A stretch of DNA of 64,000 bases from a virus (taxonomy: Duplodnaviria; Caudoviricetes): the IMG/VR virus record IMGVR_UViG_2713896764_000001, positions 29,669-93,668 of that record; one strand, written 5' to 3'. A model generated the notes under the pieces. That model was given only the letters and a program-made list of their open reading frames with translations. It was not told where the DNA came from and did not search any database. Both the position numbers and the translations under genes were made by a program. Positions 19,559-28,584 of the stretch are shown piece by piece (position 1 is the stretch's first letter; every line of letters begins with the position of its first letter).

Positions 19559-19913
19559 TGTGTTCGCTCCGTGGTTCCGTTGATGTGCTCATTTTCGCGG
19601 ACTTGGAGAGGCAAGGAAGTGGATTGCTGAGGGCTGTCTGATTTCGCTCGGCTGAGCTTTTCTTCTGTCTGTTTTGAGAGGTTTTGCTTTTGCCTTGGCT
19701 GTTTCTCTTTACTTGTTCTTCTGTTTGCTCTGTTTTGGCTTTTTTCAGGTAAAAGTGGTCTTTTGAGCGATATGTGATACCAGCAAGAAATCACAAAATC
19801 TACCCAAGACCAAAGCCAACCCTGAATTAGAGGTTTCTGGAGAAAAATTGCGAGCGAGCGCTTAATTTTTAACCAACACTCTTTCCGGTTATCCGGCACA
19901 CAAGTTTTTGTCT

Positions 19914-20297
19914 TCTTGAAAAGCTGACTTATCGCGGCATCGTTCTGCGCAGTGCCCTGTCCTATTCAAACAGGAAGCCGAACCAAGTGGCTGCGGCTTA
20001 CTTATTAGGCGCACATTGCATGGTGTGTCAAACCCCGTGACTAAGCGGATACCAACCCGCGCTTTATGGTCGATTTCTACAGTTTCTTTTGGCTACTTAG
20101 TGCCTATAGTGGCATCACATTAACCCGCGTTTCACTGGCAGTGGTCGTTCTTCGCCAGAACCCCGCTCGAAGGGCTTCGCTTTTCAAGAGTAGTGCAATT
20201 AGGTTTCTGACTGGTTGTGTTATCGGGGAGCCGTCACTAAGCTCAACGCCCAAAGGAACAAAGACTAGCTGCGGCACGTTCCAATGAGTTGCACTAC
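19914..20297 (-). ncRNA. Candidate large structured ncRNA (~385 nt)
   Basis: Abutting long-range helices 19914-24/20179-89 (11 bp) and 20190-98/20289-97 (9 bp); many internal hairpins; promoter-like sequence and operator upstream. Confidence 0.55.
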
Positions 20298-21162
20298 ATC
20301 ACTAACCGCTTACTTATTTTACATCCACCATATAGAACAAAACAATCATTTAGCAGCCAATACCTAAGCAACTGCTTATTTTTTATCTAGTGAAGTAAAA
20401 CGCTGTAGAACGCGCTCAGAGACGATTTAAGAAAAAGTGGAGCCACCGTATTCCCCACACTCAAAAACACGCAGGGAAGCGATTCTAGAAAGTTTCTCGG
20501 GAGTTTCTTGCGGAAGTTTTTAAACACCCCGCCAATTTACCCATTCAGTCATTTCCCGAAAGGTAAATTAGCAGTTCATTCCCTACTAACAGGCCAAGCA
20601 CCCTGCGGGAAGCTCAGCCCCTTGCGAGAGCATCTATTTCACCGGAGCAGATGTGGGAAAATAACGTATCCAGAACAGACTACGGGAGGAAATTTATCGC
20701 CTATCGAAAGTTGGCTTTTGCCTAACGAAATTCATTGATTGCCGTGAAAGCTGCATGAGACGATCTGTATGTGCTCGGGAACGGACACTTGCGGGAACCA
20801 CATTGCGCCATAGAAATCCGCGGCCATTCACAACCCCTAATACCAGTTCGGGGAACTGTCCCTAATCGTAGTTCCCTCATCAATGAGGGCAGCAAGCCGT
20901 AACCGGCCATATACGACCTCAGCCTTTCCCTAATTTTTCCGGCTGGAAACCCCGATTCGAAATACCTGGCTAATATCCGCAAACCAACGGCAATTCTCCC
21001 TGACAAAAACTCACCTAATGAGAGCTTCCCTTTCGGTCCATATCCGGAACGTCACCTTTCTCAAAATTTTCAGGCCAGACTTCCCGACTCCAAACGCCTG
21101 ACGGCGGAGAACTTGATTAAGTCATTGAAAGGGAATTTGTGCGGCGCGCCTTCCGAAACCCA

Positions 21163-21400
21163 CTCTCCCTCTCCCCCTTACACCAGCTTCTCCCTATATC
21201 GCTTCCTCTCTCTTCTCCCTGTCTCTTAATAGTTGCTCCTCTCTAATGGAATGACAGCTTTCTTCACTCCTTATCATGGAAGGTGAATATCTCTTCTCTA
21301 CTGGTCTTTCATCACTCCTGCTTATCTACGGACTATTGCTCTCTAATGGGATTTGGTATCCGCGATTCTCTTCTCTACTGCTTTCCCTTTATAGAGCGTT
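21163..21400. repeat. Pyrimidine-rich tract with short direct repeats
   Basis: CTCTCTAATGG at 21239 and 21339; TCTCTTCTCTACTG at 21290 and 21367. Confidence 0.65.
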
Positions 21401-22089
21401 GAGAGTGATGTTCTATGGCTGAGTCCTTGTGTTTACTGGCGGGAGAAGTGATTAGAGCTTTCTTATTGAAGGTGTATAGCGTGTTGGGCTTATGTGGTTT
21501 GTTTAGTTTATTGGGCTTGGTGATGTTGTTTAATGGGTGGGTATTTGGGGATGGCTTCCCGCTGGTAGGATCTTGCGGTTTTACGAATCGTTTAATGGAT
21601 TACGTGTTTAGGGGTTGAGTTGTTTTTTTGTTTTATTCGGTTCTGTTTGGGTGGTTTTGGGCGATATAAGAATTGGGGTCAGGGGTTAATCAAAAAGTAA
21701 GTATTTTTTCTTATTTTTTATTGATAACTCTTTGAGTGGGTTTGATTCTGACTCTCTTTGGTAAAAACAAAGATAAGAAATTGATATTAAAGGCTTTTTG
21801 TGTTTATGAGATAGTTTTGCTACATACTTATATCTTTGACTGGTGTGGGTATAGGTTTTTGACCGTAAATTGCAAACATTTGACCGGTTTTAATTACCTT
21901 CCACTTGGCTCACTCCAAAAGGCTTGGCATTTGGTGCTGAACGATAGTTATTTGATTGGCTGTCCGGTAAGTAAAGCAAAGCCTCGCTGTGTGCGAGGCT
22001 AAAATGTTTATGTTGCTCGCTCTGCAACAAGACTTCGGGGCTGCTCTACACCGGTCCCGAAGCCTCCACCTGGCTATACTCCGCAACCT

Positions 22090-22326
22090 TTACTGAGCGT
22101 CACGATTGGCAATTCGCTGGTATAGCTCTTTGTTCTGGCTGCGCAGTCGGAACACCTCGTTAATCAGGTGGCCGATGCACTCACTTGTCATCTGCTCACT
22201 CTTGATGCCCTTCTGGATCATCCAGTTGTAGAAGTTGTATGCCCCGTCTCTAGTTTCTAAGTTCGAGTCGATCCGGCTCAAAAAGTCAGTATCAATCAGG
22301 GCAATTACGTTGGTAGGTTTTGCCAT
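22090..22326 (-). CDS. Hypothetical protein
   Basis: RBS AAGGA, promoter-like motif. Confidence 0.7.
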   Translation of the reverse strand: MAKPTNVIALIDTDFLSRIDSNLETRDGAYNFYNWMIQKGIKSEQMTSECIGHLINEVFRLRSQNKELYQRIANRDAQ

Positions 22327-22456
22327 TGCTCGTTTCCTTTGCAGTTGCTCGTTTCAATACGCAGATATTAAATAAACGCCATAGGCACGCCAGATAGGAA
22401 AAAGGGCTACCAAATGGCAGCCCAATTCCGTTTCAGAGTAAGACCATCGAACGCAA

Positions 22457-22774
22457 TTATTCGGTTACTTCTTCAATCTCAACAGCTTGCTCGGATTCAG
22501 TTTCAGCAGGAGTTTCCGGCTGCTCCTGAACCAGCACGCCAAGGTCATGAAGCAGGCCAAGATCAACTTGGTTCTCAACGCCATTCGAGCTACGAACCAA
22601 GAACTTGTCTGCGCCTTTTTGGCCGGCAACATTGGCTGCAATCAAAGCCGCCTGAACAGGGTTCTCAGCCTGAACAGGGTTCTCAGCCTGAACTCGAATA
22701 GGTGACAACTGCACCTCAAAAACAGGCAGTGTTTTATCAGTCATTACAGGGCTATCCATGTCGTTTGCTCTCAT
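22457..22774 (-). CDS. Acidic hypothetical protein with an 18-bp tandem duplication
   Basis: QAENPV twice; DNA repeat at 22651-22693. Confidence 0.6.
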   Translation of the reverse strand: MRANDMDSPVMTDKTLPVFEVQLSPIRVQAENPVQAENPVQAALIAANVAGQKGADKFLVRSSNGVENQVDLGLLHDLGVLVQEQPETPAETESEQAVEIEEVTE

Positions 22775-22857
22775 ACCGTTCGGGAAGATAGCGGCTTTTT
22801 AAAAAGTAAGTCAACACTTATTTTAAGTAAGCAATGACTTACCTTTTGAATGCAAAA

Positions 22858-23583
22858 CTACTTGGAGTTGTCTTCAGCCAACTCCTTAGCAATCCGCAGG
22901 TAGCCAAGTGTATCCGCGCAGGTTGGCTCGCTCACTTCGTGATAACGGAAGCAGTGTAATGTCGCGTAGGCATTCTTCCATAAGGCTTGGAACTTAACTT
23001 CATCCCCTGCTTTGGTCTTCCAGCCATTGCGTTTCCAGTTAGGCACCCAATGTCTAAAACCATTTTGCATGGCCGTTGATGAGGTGAAGATCATCGCCTG
23101 CTCCAGCTCACACTCGTTGAAAATCTTCATCGCGGCAATAATCGCGTATAGACCAGCCTGAATCTCGCCAGAAAAGGTGCCAGGCATTTTGAACTTGTAG
23201 TAAAGCTCTGCGCCGTTGTAGATGCAAAATGCCGTTGTCGTATTACCAACTGACGGCGTTACCACTTCCAAGGCTGCACAGACTGTCGATTTGTCGAACT
23301 CCGCAAGTCCTTTCACATGCTCAATCATCTTGTTCATGTCTGTGAACAGAGGGTGCTCGCTGTATCCGCTTCTGAGCGCTTTTGGTGGTAACTTGGTGCT
23401 GTGGTGGCTCTCTATGGCTTTAATCACTTCTAAATCGCGCAGGGAAGCGAATTTCGCCACGTCCGATATTAACTTTCCCCAATCCTCGCTGACTGGGTGG
23501 GTGGACGGAAAGGATTTCCGGATCAGATCGTCAATTCGCTTTACATAATCAGGCATTCCGGACTTATTCATCATAACCCTCAC
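22858..23583 (-). CDS. RNase HI-like protein, apparently catalytically degenerate
   Basis: WVPNWKRNGWKTKAGDEVKFQALWK is the RNase HI signature; acidic active-site residues appear replaced. Confidence 0.75.
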   Translation of the reverse strand: MRVMMNKSGMPDYVKRIDDLIRKSFPSTHPVSEDWGKLISDVAKFASLRDLEVIKAIESHHSTKLPPKALRSGYSEHPLFTDMNKMIEHVKGLAEFDKSTVCAALEVVTPSVGNTTTAFCIYNGAELYYKFKMPGTFSGEIQAGLYAIIAAMKIFNECELEQAMIFTSSTAMQNGFRHWVPNWKRNGWKTKAGDEVKFQALWKNAYATLHCFRYHEVSEPTCADTLGYLRIAKELAEDNSK

Positions 23584-23647
23584 TTGTTGCTAGTGCTTAG
23601 TTAGATTTTGACTCCGCAGACAAGGCATCCAAGCAAATTGTCGATCA

Positions 23648-23863
23648 CCCCTTTTATATAAATTAAAAGGAATAAATATATTATTTATGGAAACGCGGTT
23701 TTTATTCAGTGTTAGGTAGTTCCGGATATTGAAATCTATCTCAGGAAACTAGGCTCTTGCAGAGCCTAGTTTCCTGAGATAACTCCGTAACTCCTTCACG
23801 ATTACCTTCGGACAAAAAACCTAGCTTCCAATATATAAATATTCTTTTAATTATTTATATAGG
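23648..23863. repeat. Palindromic array B: long imperfect terminal inverted repeats and a central palindrome with 21-bp arms
   Basis: TATCTCAGGAAACTAGGCTCT-TGC-AGAGCCTAGTTTCCTGAGATA at 23737-23781; motif copies at 23688-23703 and 23815-23830. Confidence 0.8.
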
Positions 23864-24104
23864 GAAGAACCTTGCGGATTACCCTGCCGCTCCCTCCAAA
23901 TAGTAACCTAGCGCTTACTTAATTCAATAGGAAATCGTTCCGGACTTGCCTCTTCTCCAAAACGCTCTCAGACGATTCGGGACACTGTAGCTGTGGGTTG
24001 GCTTGGGTAAATACGAAAAAAGCGCCCCTGAGTGATTCTGGGCGCTTTTCTGGGGGGGTGTAGTCTGTTTTTGTGCTCTTACGCTGCTTGCTTGAGAACG
24101 TCGT

Positions 24105-24500
24105 TTACAGAGGCCACGAGTAACTTGAACCCTTCGCGGTTATGGGCGAATTTTGCAATCTCACGGCGATGAGAGGTGTGTCCTTTTCGCCGTAGAACGG
24201 AAGGCCGTTTTCAAGCTCATAGGCAAAGAGCTTTCTCAAATACCCAAGCACACTGTAGGTAATGTGGCCTCGGTTCTTGGCACTTGTGCCGTTAAACACA
24301 AAGTTGATTGATTCGCCATCTTCCCAATGAACCTCTACGTCATGCTTGTCGTAGCCTACTTTCGACAAGGTTGGTGCTTGTCGCAGCATCCAGTTCGTCG
24401 AATCGAGAATGGCGGATGGCTTGTCAAAAATTTCAGGCTTGTTGCACAATTTGAACTCGCCCTCCAAGCGAGTAATTATGATTTTGGTTACAGCAATCAC
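24105..24500 (-). CDS. Hypothetical protein, possibly LPD25-like
   Basis: GYDKHDVEVHWEDG resembles the LPD25 motif as recalled; not verified. Confidence 0.5.
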   Translation of the reverse strand: MIAVTKIIITRLEGEFKLCNKPEIFDKPSAILDSTNWMLRQAPTLSKVGYDKHDVEVHWEDGESINFVFNGTSAKNRGHITYSVLGYLRKLFAYELENGLPFYGEKDTPLIAVRLQNSPITAKGSSYSWPL

Positions 24501-24512
24501 TTAAGTCACCGA

Positions 24513-24890
24513 TTACTTATACACACAGAAAAAAATATATTCGCTATGCCCCTTGGTATCAGCCACCGCTTTTACACCCAAAGGTAATTCCCACTCATAC
24601 CGAAAGCCGCGTATGTCCTCTTCTCGACGTTCATTGAGAACTCGGTTGATCGTGCTGATCGCCAACGAAAGATCCTGTCCCCAAATAAGGCGCTGAATCA
24701 ACTTGCCCTCTTCCGATTCCGTATTGCCATACAGTCCGGCGCGATGCTGGGAAAACTCAACATTATATTTGCCATCGGTAAAAACGATATTCATGCGAGC
24801 GCCAAACCACGCTTTGCTTCTTTCCGGCGCAACTATTCCCCATTGAATACAACTCATACCACGAACTTCCTTAATATTAAGCACAAGCAA
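24513..24890 (-). CDS. Hypothetical protein
   Basis: ORF within a co-oriented operon. Confidence 0.6.
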   Translation of the reverse strand: MLVLNIKEVRGMSCIQWGIVAPERSKAWFGARMNIVFTDGKYNVEFSQHRAGLYGNTESEEGKLIQRLIWGQDLSLAISTINRVLNERREEDIRGFRYEWELPLGVKAVADTKGHSEYIFFCVYK

Positions 24891-25584
24891 ATGATGGCAT
24901 TTCTACAAAGGCATTCAATTCCTCTGTAGTAGACCGAATCGGCACTGCAGTAATGTGATACAAAAGCTCATGTTCGACTGTCAGCGCATTCCCGCAGTAG
25001 ACGATGATCTCGCGTAATGATTTGGTCGGAGACAACACTTCAACGGTTTTCAATCGCTGGATGGTTGCACAGTAAACCGCGCATCTGTCGATATCGTTAA
25101 TAGTGAGTCGCAGTTTATCCAGCCCAGCCTGTCCATATTTCTCAAATAGCGTTTCCACGACAGCAAGTGCCATAGAACCAGCCCCTACGCACGGCTCAAG
25201 AACAGAGAATCCGTCCGGATAGTTGTCCAATTTGAGATCATGAAACTGCATTTGCGCTATTGCCTTGCTGACAGAGTAAGGCGTGTAGAACGCACCAAGG
25301 TTTTTGCTATGGCCTGCCAAGTTCAGCTCACACATAACCCGCCCCAGCAAATCAATACCTGGATAACTTTCAACGAACCCGAAAAACAGCTTTTCTGCCT
25401 CAACTGCCTTTGTCACTTCGTGATCTCCCCAACTCAAGTGGTCACGGCAATTGTCACCCCCGATGAAACCGTTGAGCATGGCCTTTACCCAATCCTCAAA
25501 AGCATTGGACTGTGACAGCCGGATATCAAACATCAAACGTGAAATCTTTTCCGCTACTGACTGAGCCTGAATAACCGAATACAT
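24877..25584 (-). CDS. N6 DNA methyltransferase-like protein (SAM-binding half)
   Basis: GAFYTP, EPCVGAGSM, NDID, GNAL; no NPPY/F motif. Confidence 0.7.
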   Translation of the reverse strand: MYSVIQAQSVAEKISRLMFDIRLSQSNAFEDWVKAMLNGFIGGDNCRDHLSWGDHEVTKAVEAEKLFFGFVESYPGIDLLGRVMCELNLAGHSKNLGAFYTPYSVSKAIAQMQFHDLKLDNYPDGFSVLEPCVGAGSMALAVVETLFEKYGQAGLDKLRLTINDIDRCAVYCATIQRLKTVEVLSPTKSLREIIVYCGNALTVEHELLYHITAVPIRSTTEELNAFVEMPSFACA

Positions 25585-25647
25585 ATTTTCTCCCCCTAAC
25601 CAACACACTATTTCCGGAGCGCCACCAAGGGCGCTCGCTAACTTCTA

Positions 25648-26493
25648 TCAACCAATGAATTTTGCCGACAGTGGGTTTTCTCGATTTAGAGTGATGGATT
25701 TGCCGTCCTTGGTTGCCATTCCAATAGCAGGCAGTAGCGCCATCATCTGTCCAGCCTGAGAGCCAGCAGTTCCCACCGTGTATGGCTTCTCTGGATTGCT
25801 CATTAGGTAAGTCCGTAAGTCACCCGAAGTTGCGCTACCGTTTTTCACCAGGTATTCCAAGCAAAGACGGGTGTAGATGGAAAGCTCAGCCTCATCATTC
25901 GCCCAAGCCAGAATGTTCTTCGCCTTGTCCTTCACTTTTTTCGGCAGTGCATTGAGCATCAGAGCAAATTCTTCTGTGGCGATACCCACAGCCTCAAAGG
26001 CAGCGTCAGATTTGTCGGCAACGTATTCCTCTGCCGTCTTACCGCCAGTCGCTACACGCTTGCGCTTTGGCTTTGGCTTTGGCTTTGCTTCACCTTCTAC
26101 AAACTCATCATCTTGTTTAGACGCAACAGCCTCTACATCTTGTTGATGTTGAGCCTCTTTAGCTGATTGGGCTGCCAACTCACCGTCAGATAGCTTGCCG
26201 ATATCCTTAGAACTTTCATTCAGCTCATCCAGCATTTCATCAAGGTATGAAAGCGAGTCATCTTCATTATCTGCAGCCGCAACTGGCTCTTCGATCTTTT
26301 GCTCTTCGACCTCCGGCATATCCAATTCGCCAAGTAGCATGTCGAGATCATCAATGTCGCAGGCATTCTTGTCGGCAGATGTCTTTTCAAGCGCGTCTAG
26401 ATCATCAGCGGAAATGCTCAGGTTGTTGAGATCTGCCATTAGCGCGTCCAGTTCGTCTAAGTCAGAAATTGGGTTGCTTGTTACTTGTGTCAT
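25648..26493 (-). CDS. Hypothetical protein with very acidic N-terminus and probable C-terminal winged helix
   Basis: D/E-rich first half; YTVGTAGSQAGQMM helix. Confidence 0.7.
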   Translation of the reverse strand: MTQVTSNPISDLDELDALMADLNNLSISADDLDALEKTSADKNACDIDDLDMLLGELDMPEVEEQKIEEPVAAADNEDDSLSYLDEMLDELNESSKDIGKLSDGELAAQSAKEAQHQQDVEAVASKQDDEFVEGEAKPKPKPKRKRVATGGKTAEEYVADKSDAAFEAVGIATEEFALMLNALPKKVKDKAKNILAWANDEAELSIYTRLCLEYLVKNGSATSGDLRTYLMSNPEKPYTVGTAGSQAGQMMALLPAIGMATKDGKSITLNRENPLSAKFIG

Positions 26494-26731
26494 TTGCTTA
26501 TTCCTTTTTCCGAGTTCGATAAATCGTCTATCTTTTCGATGGAATTATTTTCGCATTTGCGGATAGGTATAAAAGGATTTGGCAAGGTATTAGATTGTCG
26601 GATATATGAATAACAACAATTGCCTAACAAAAAGAAAAGGATAAATAAAAAAATATTGCACACAGATGGAGAAAAAAGGTGAGAAGTTAATGACAATTAT
26701 CATAGAATACATACTATGAGTGCGATTTTAA

Positions 26732-27361
26732 TTAATTTAACAAGACTAAAACCAATAAAATCACAATTAATAAAAGTGACCATAATGGATGTGTGGACAC
26801 ATACTGCCATACTCTTTTTTTGCGCGTTAATTTATATCTAAGAGGCTTAAATTTATCCAAAGAATATTTTTTGAACTCAAATTTTAGTGCTTCGATTTCT
26901 TTTCTGTCTGCATACGTGCTTTCCGTATACTTTAATTTTGAGTAAACAGCATGTAATTGTCGTCGCAAGAGTTCTAATCTGCAATCAGCTATAACCAAGT
27001 CATTAGATTTCAGCTCACCTTCTCCAATAAAATCATAGCCTTGAACGGTATTATAAGTTCCATCCCCAACCTTAACGCTCTCATCCGTAGCTATGCCGTC
27101 ACAAGTTACTAACTCATCAATTAATATGTTCTTTTCAAGACAGTTCACTCGTGAGATTAGCTTGTCATCAACTAATTCTTGTCTAAGTGCGCGATCAAAA
27201 GGACGAATTACTCCGCTATTACTCCCTTTGGAAACACGGAAAAATTCACCTTCCATTGTTCGGCCTTTCCATGAGAATGTCACATAAGCATCAGGTTTGA
27301 TTTTAAAATTATCCATATGCACATTTAAATAGCTGGCCATCAGAATTTTGATTAGAAGCAA
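26732..27361 (-). CDS. AT-rich accessory protein with C-terminal transmembrane helix
   Basis: Ends LWSLLLIVILLVLVLLN; lower GC than flanks. Confidence 0.65.
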   Translation of the reverse strand: MLLIKILMASYLNVHMDNFKIKPDAYVTFSWKGRTMEGEFFRVSKGSNSGVIRPFDRALRQELVDDKLISRVNCLEKNILIDELVTCDGIATDESVKVGDGTYNTVQGYDFIGEGELKSNDLVIADCRLELLRRQLHAVYSKLKYTESTYADRKEIEALKFEFKKYSLDKFKPLRYKLTRKKRVWQYVSTHPLWSLLLIVILLVLVLLN

Positions 27362-27498
27362 TTCCTATCGAAGTCAAATTGAACGACTTATGTCTGTGTA
27401 AATTATAGCTTTATGAGAACTAGTGCGTAGGAGGATGCAAAAGCCACCCTCCACAAATCAATTGAATACGTAATAGCAGGACATTCCTAGTCCTCACC

Positions 27499-28074
27499 TC
27501 ACACTACTTTATTGGACTCTACTATCAAATCAGGTATCTGAAACAGATTGTATTTTTCTCTAGCGTAGAAGAAGCAATCTATCATCAGCTCGGTATCATA
27601 TAGAGCGCTATGAGCCTTCTCTGTATCATAGTCAAAGCCACAAGCATAGGCCAGTTCGCCCAGACGAGGAATTTTGCCGTCCTCACAAGCCCAACGCCCT
27701 TCTTGCATTGTATCGAACTGATAAACCTCCGGCAGTTTCAGACCGGCACGCTTAAACTCCGCATCCAAGAACGGGAAGTCAAACTCAATACCGTTGTGAC
27801 CAACAAGAACCGAGCACTTAGACAGGATTCGATGAATGCGATCAGCCTGGTCTTCCCACAACGGACAGCCATGTAAGTCGGCCAGCGAAATGCCATGAAC
27901 AGCCTGCGCCTTAGCATCAATGGAACGACGCGGATTGAACCGCTGCTCAAAACCACCAAGACGCTCCCCCGTCATTAAGTCACGAATGCTTACGGCAATT
28001 TCAATTACACGGTGATCGCTCTTATCCAGACCTGTAGTTTCAATATCCAGACCACCGACCAAAATACGACTCAT
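27499..28074 (-). CDS. DEDDh 3'-5' exonuclease (DnaQ-like)
   Basis: DIETTG, HNGIEFD, HSALYD. Confidence 0.93.
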   Translation of the reverse strand: MSRILVGGLDIETTGLDKSDHRVIEIAVSIRDLMTGERLGGFEQRFNPRRSIDAKAQAVHGISLADLHGCPLWEDQADRIHRILSKCSVLVGHNGIEFDFPFLDAEFKRAGLKLPEVYQFDTMQEGRWACEDGKIPRLGELAYACGFDYDTEKAHSALYDTELMIDCFFYAREKYNLFQIPDLIVESNKVV

Positions 28075-28565
28075 ACCTCTTTACTCCACCCACTTTTCAG
28101 CAACTTGCTCAGTGTCTCGGCTGTAGCTCTGAAAGCATCCGTTTCTGCATCAAAGAAACTGCTCTTGTCAGTAAAACTGCCACCAACGACACCTTTCAAC
28201 ACCAAGCGCTTAGGGTTGCACTCGTCAATGTCCAGCGAAAGCATATTGCTGTCTTTTCTTAGCAGAACGGGGAACAAGCGACGTGCGCCATTCTCTTGCT
28301 GAGTGCCAGCTTCTCGCAGAGCAGCCTCAATCAGTTTTGATAAGTCATCGTTTACTAAACCCATAGCCACATCATGAACGACCGCAATGCGCTCTCTGGC
28401 CTGAGCGGGTGAAATTCTTTTGCCGTCACGCTTTGTCAGGATGTCGATTAGCGTGTCGTTTACTTTGCGGTTCAGCTCTTCTTCTACAGACAAATACTCG
28501 TCACACATAATAATACTCACATCAATTGCCTCTGCTTGGTGCTGTTTACATTCATTCTGCGCCAA
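28071..28565 (-). CDS. Hypothetical protein
   Basis: ORF coupled to the exonuclease gene. Confidence 0.6.
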   Translation of the reverse strand: MAQNECKQHQAEAIDVSIIMCDEYLSVEEELNRKVNDTLIDILTKRDGKRISPAQARERIAVVHDVAMGLVNDDLSKLIEAALREAGTQQENGARRLFPVLLRKDSNMLSLDIDECNPKRLVLKGVVGGSFTDKSSFFDAETDAFRATAETLSKLLKSGWSKEV

Positions 28566-28584
28566 GCAGTTAGGCAGAAAAGAC

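Noticed and set aside
19489-22002. ORFs 19489-19899, 20066-20287, 20508-20738, 20722-21006, 21415-21618 and 21736-22002
   Set aside because: No clear RBS; composition reflects nucleotide skew; several overlap structured or repeat DNA
22651-22693. 18-bp tandem repeat as a regulatory array
   Set aside because: In-frame duplication (QAENPV) within an ORF; probably slippage
23737-23781. Protelomerase telRL site
   Set aside because: The palindrome has a 3-nt asymmetric centre, unlike N15-type sites, and no protelomerase is visible in the window
16042-24104. CRISPR array in the repeat-rich region
   Set aside because: Repeats are dispersed or degenerate with no regular repeat-spacer period; no cas genes
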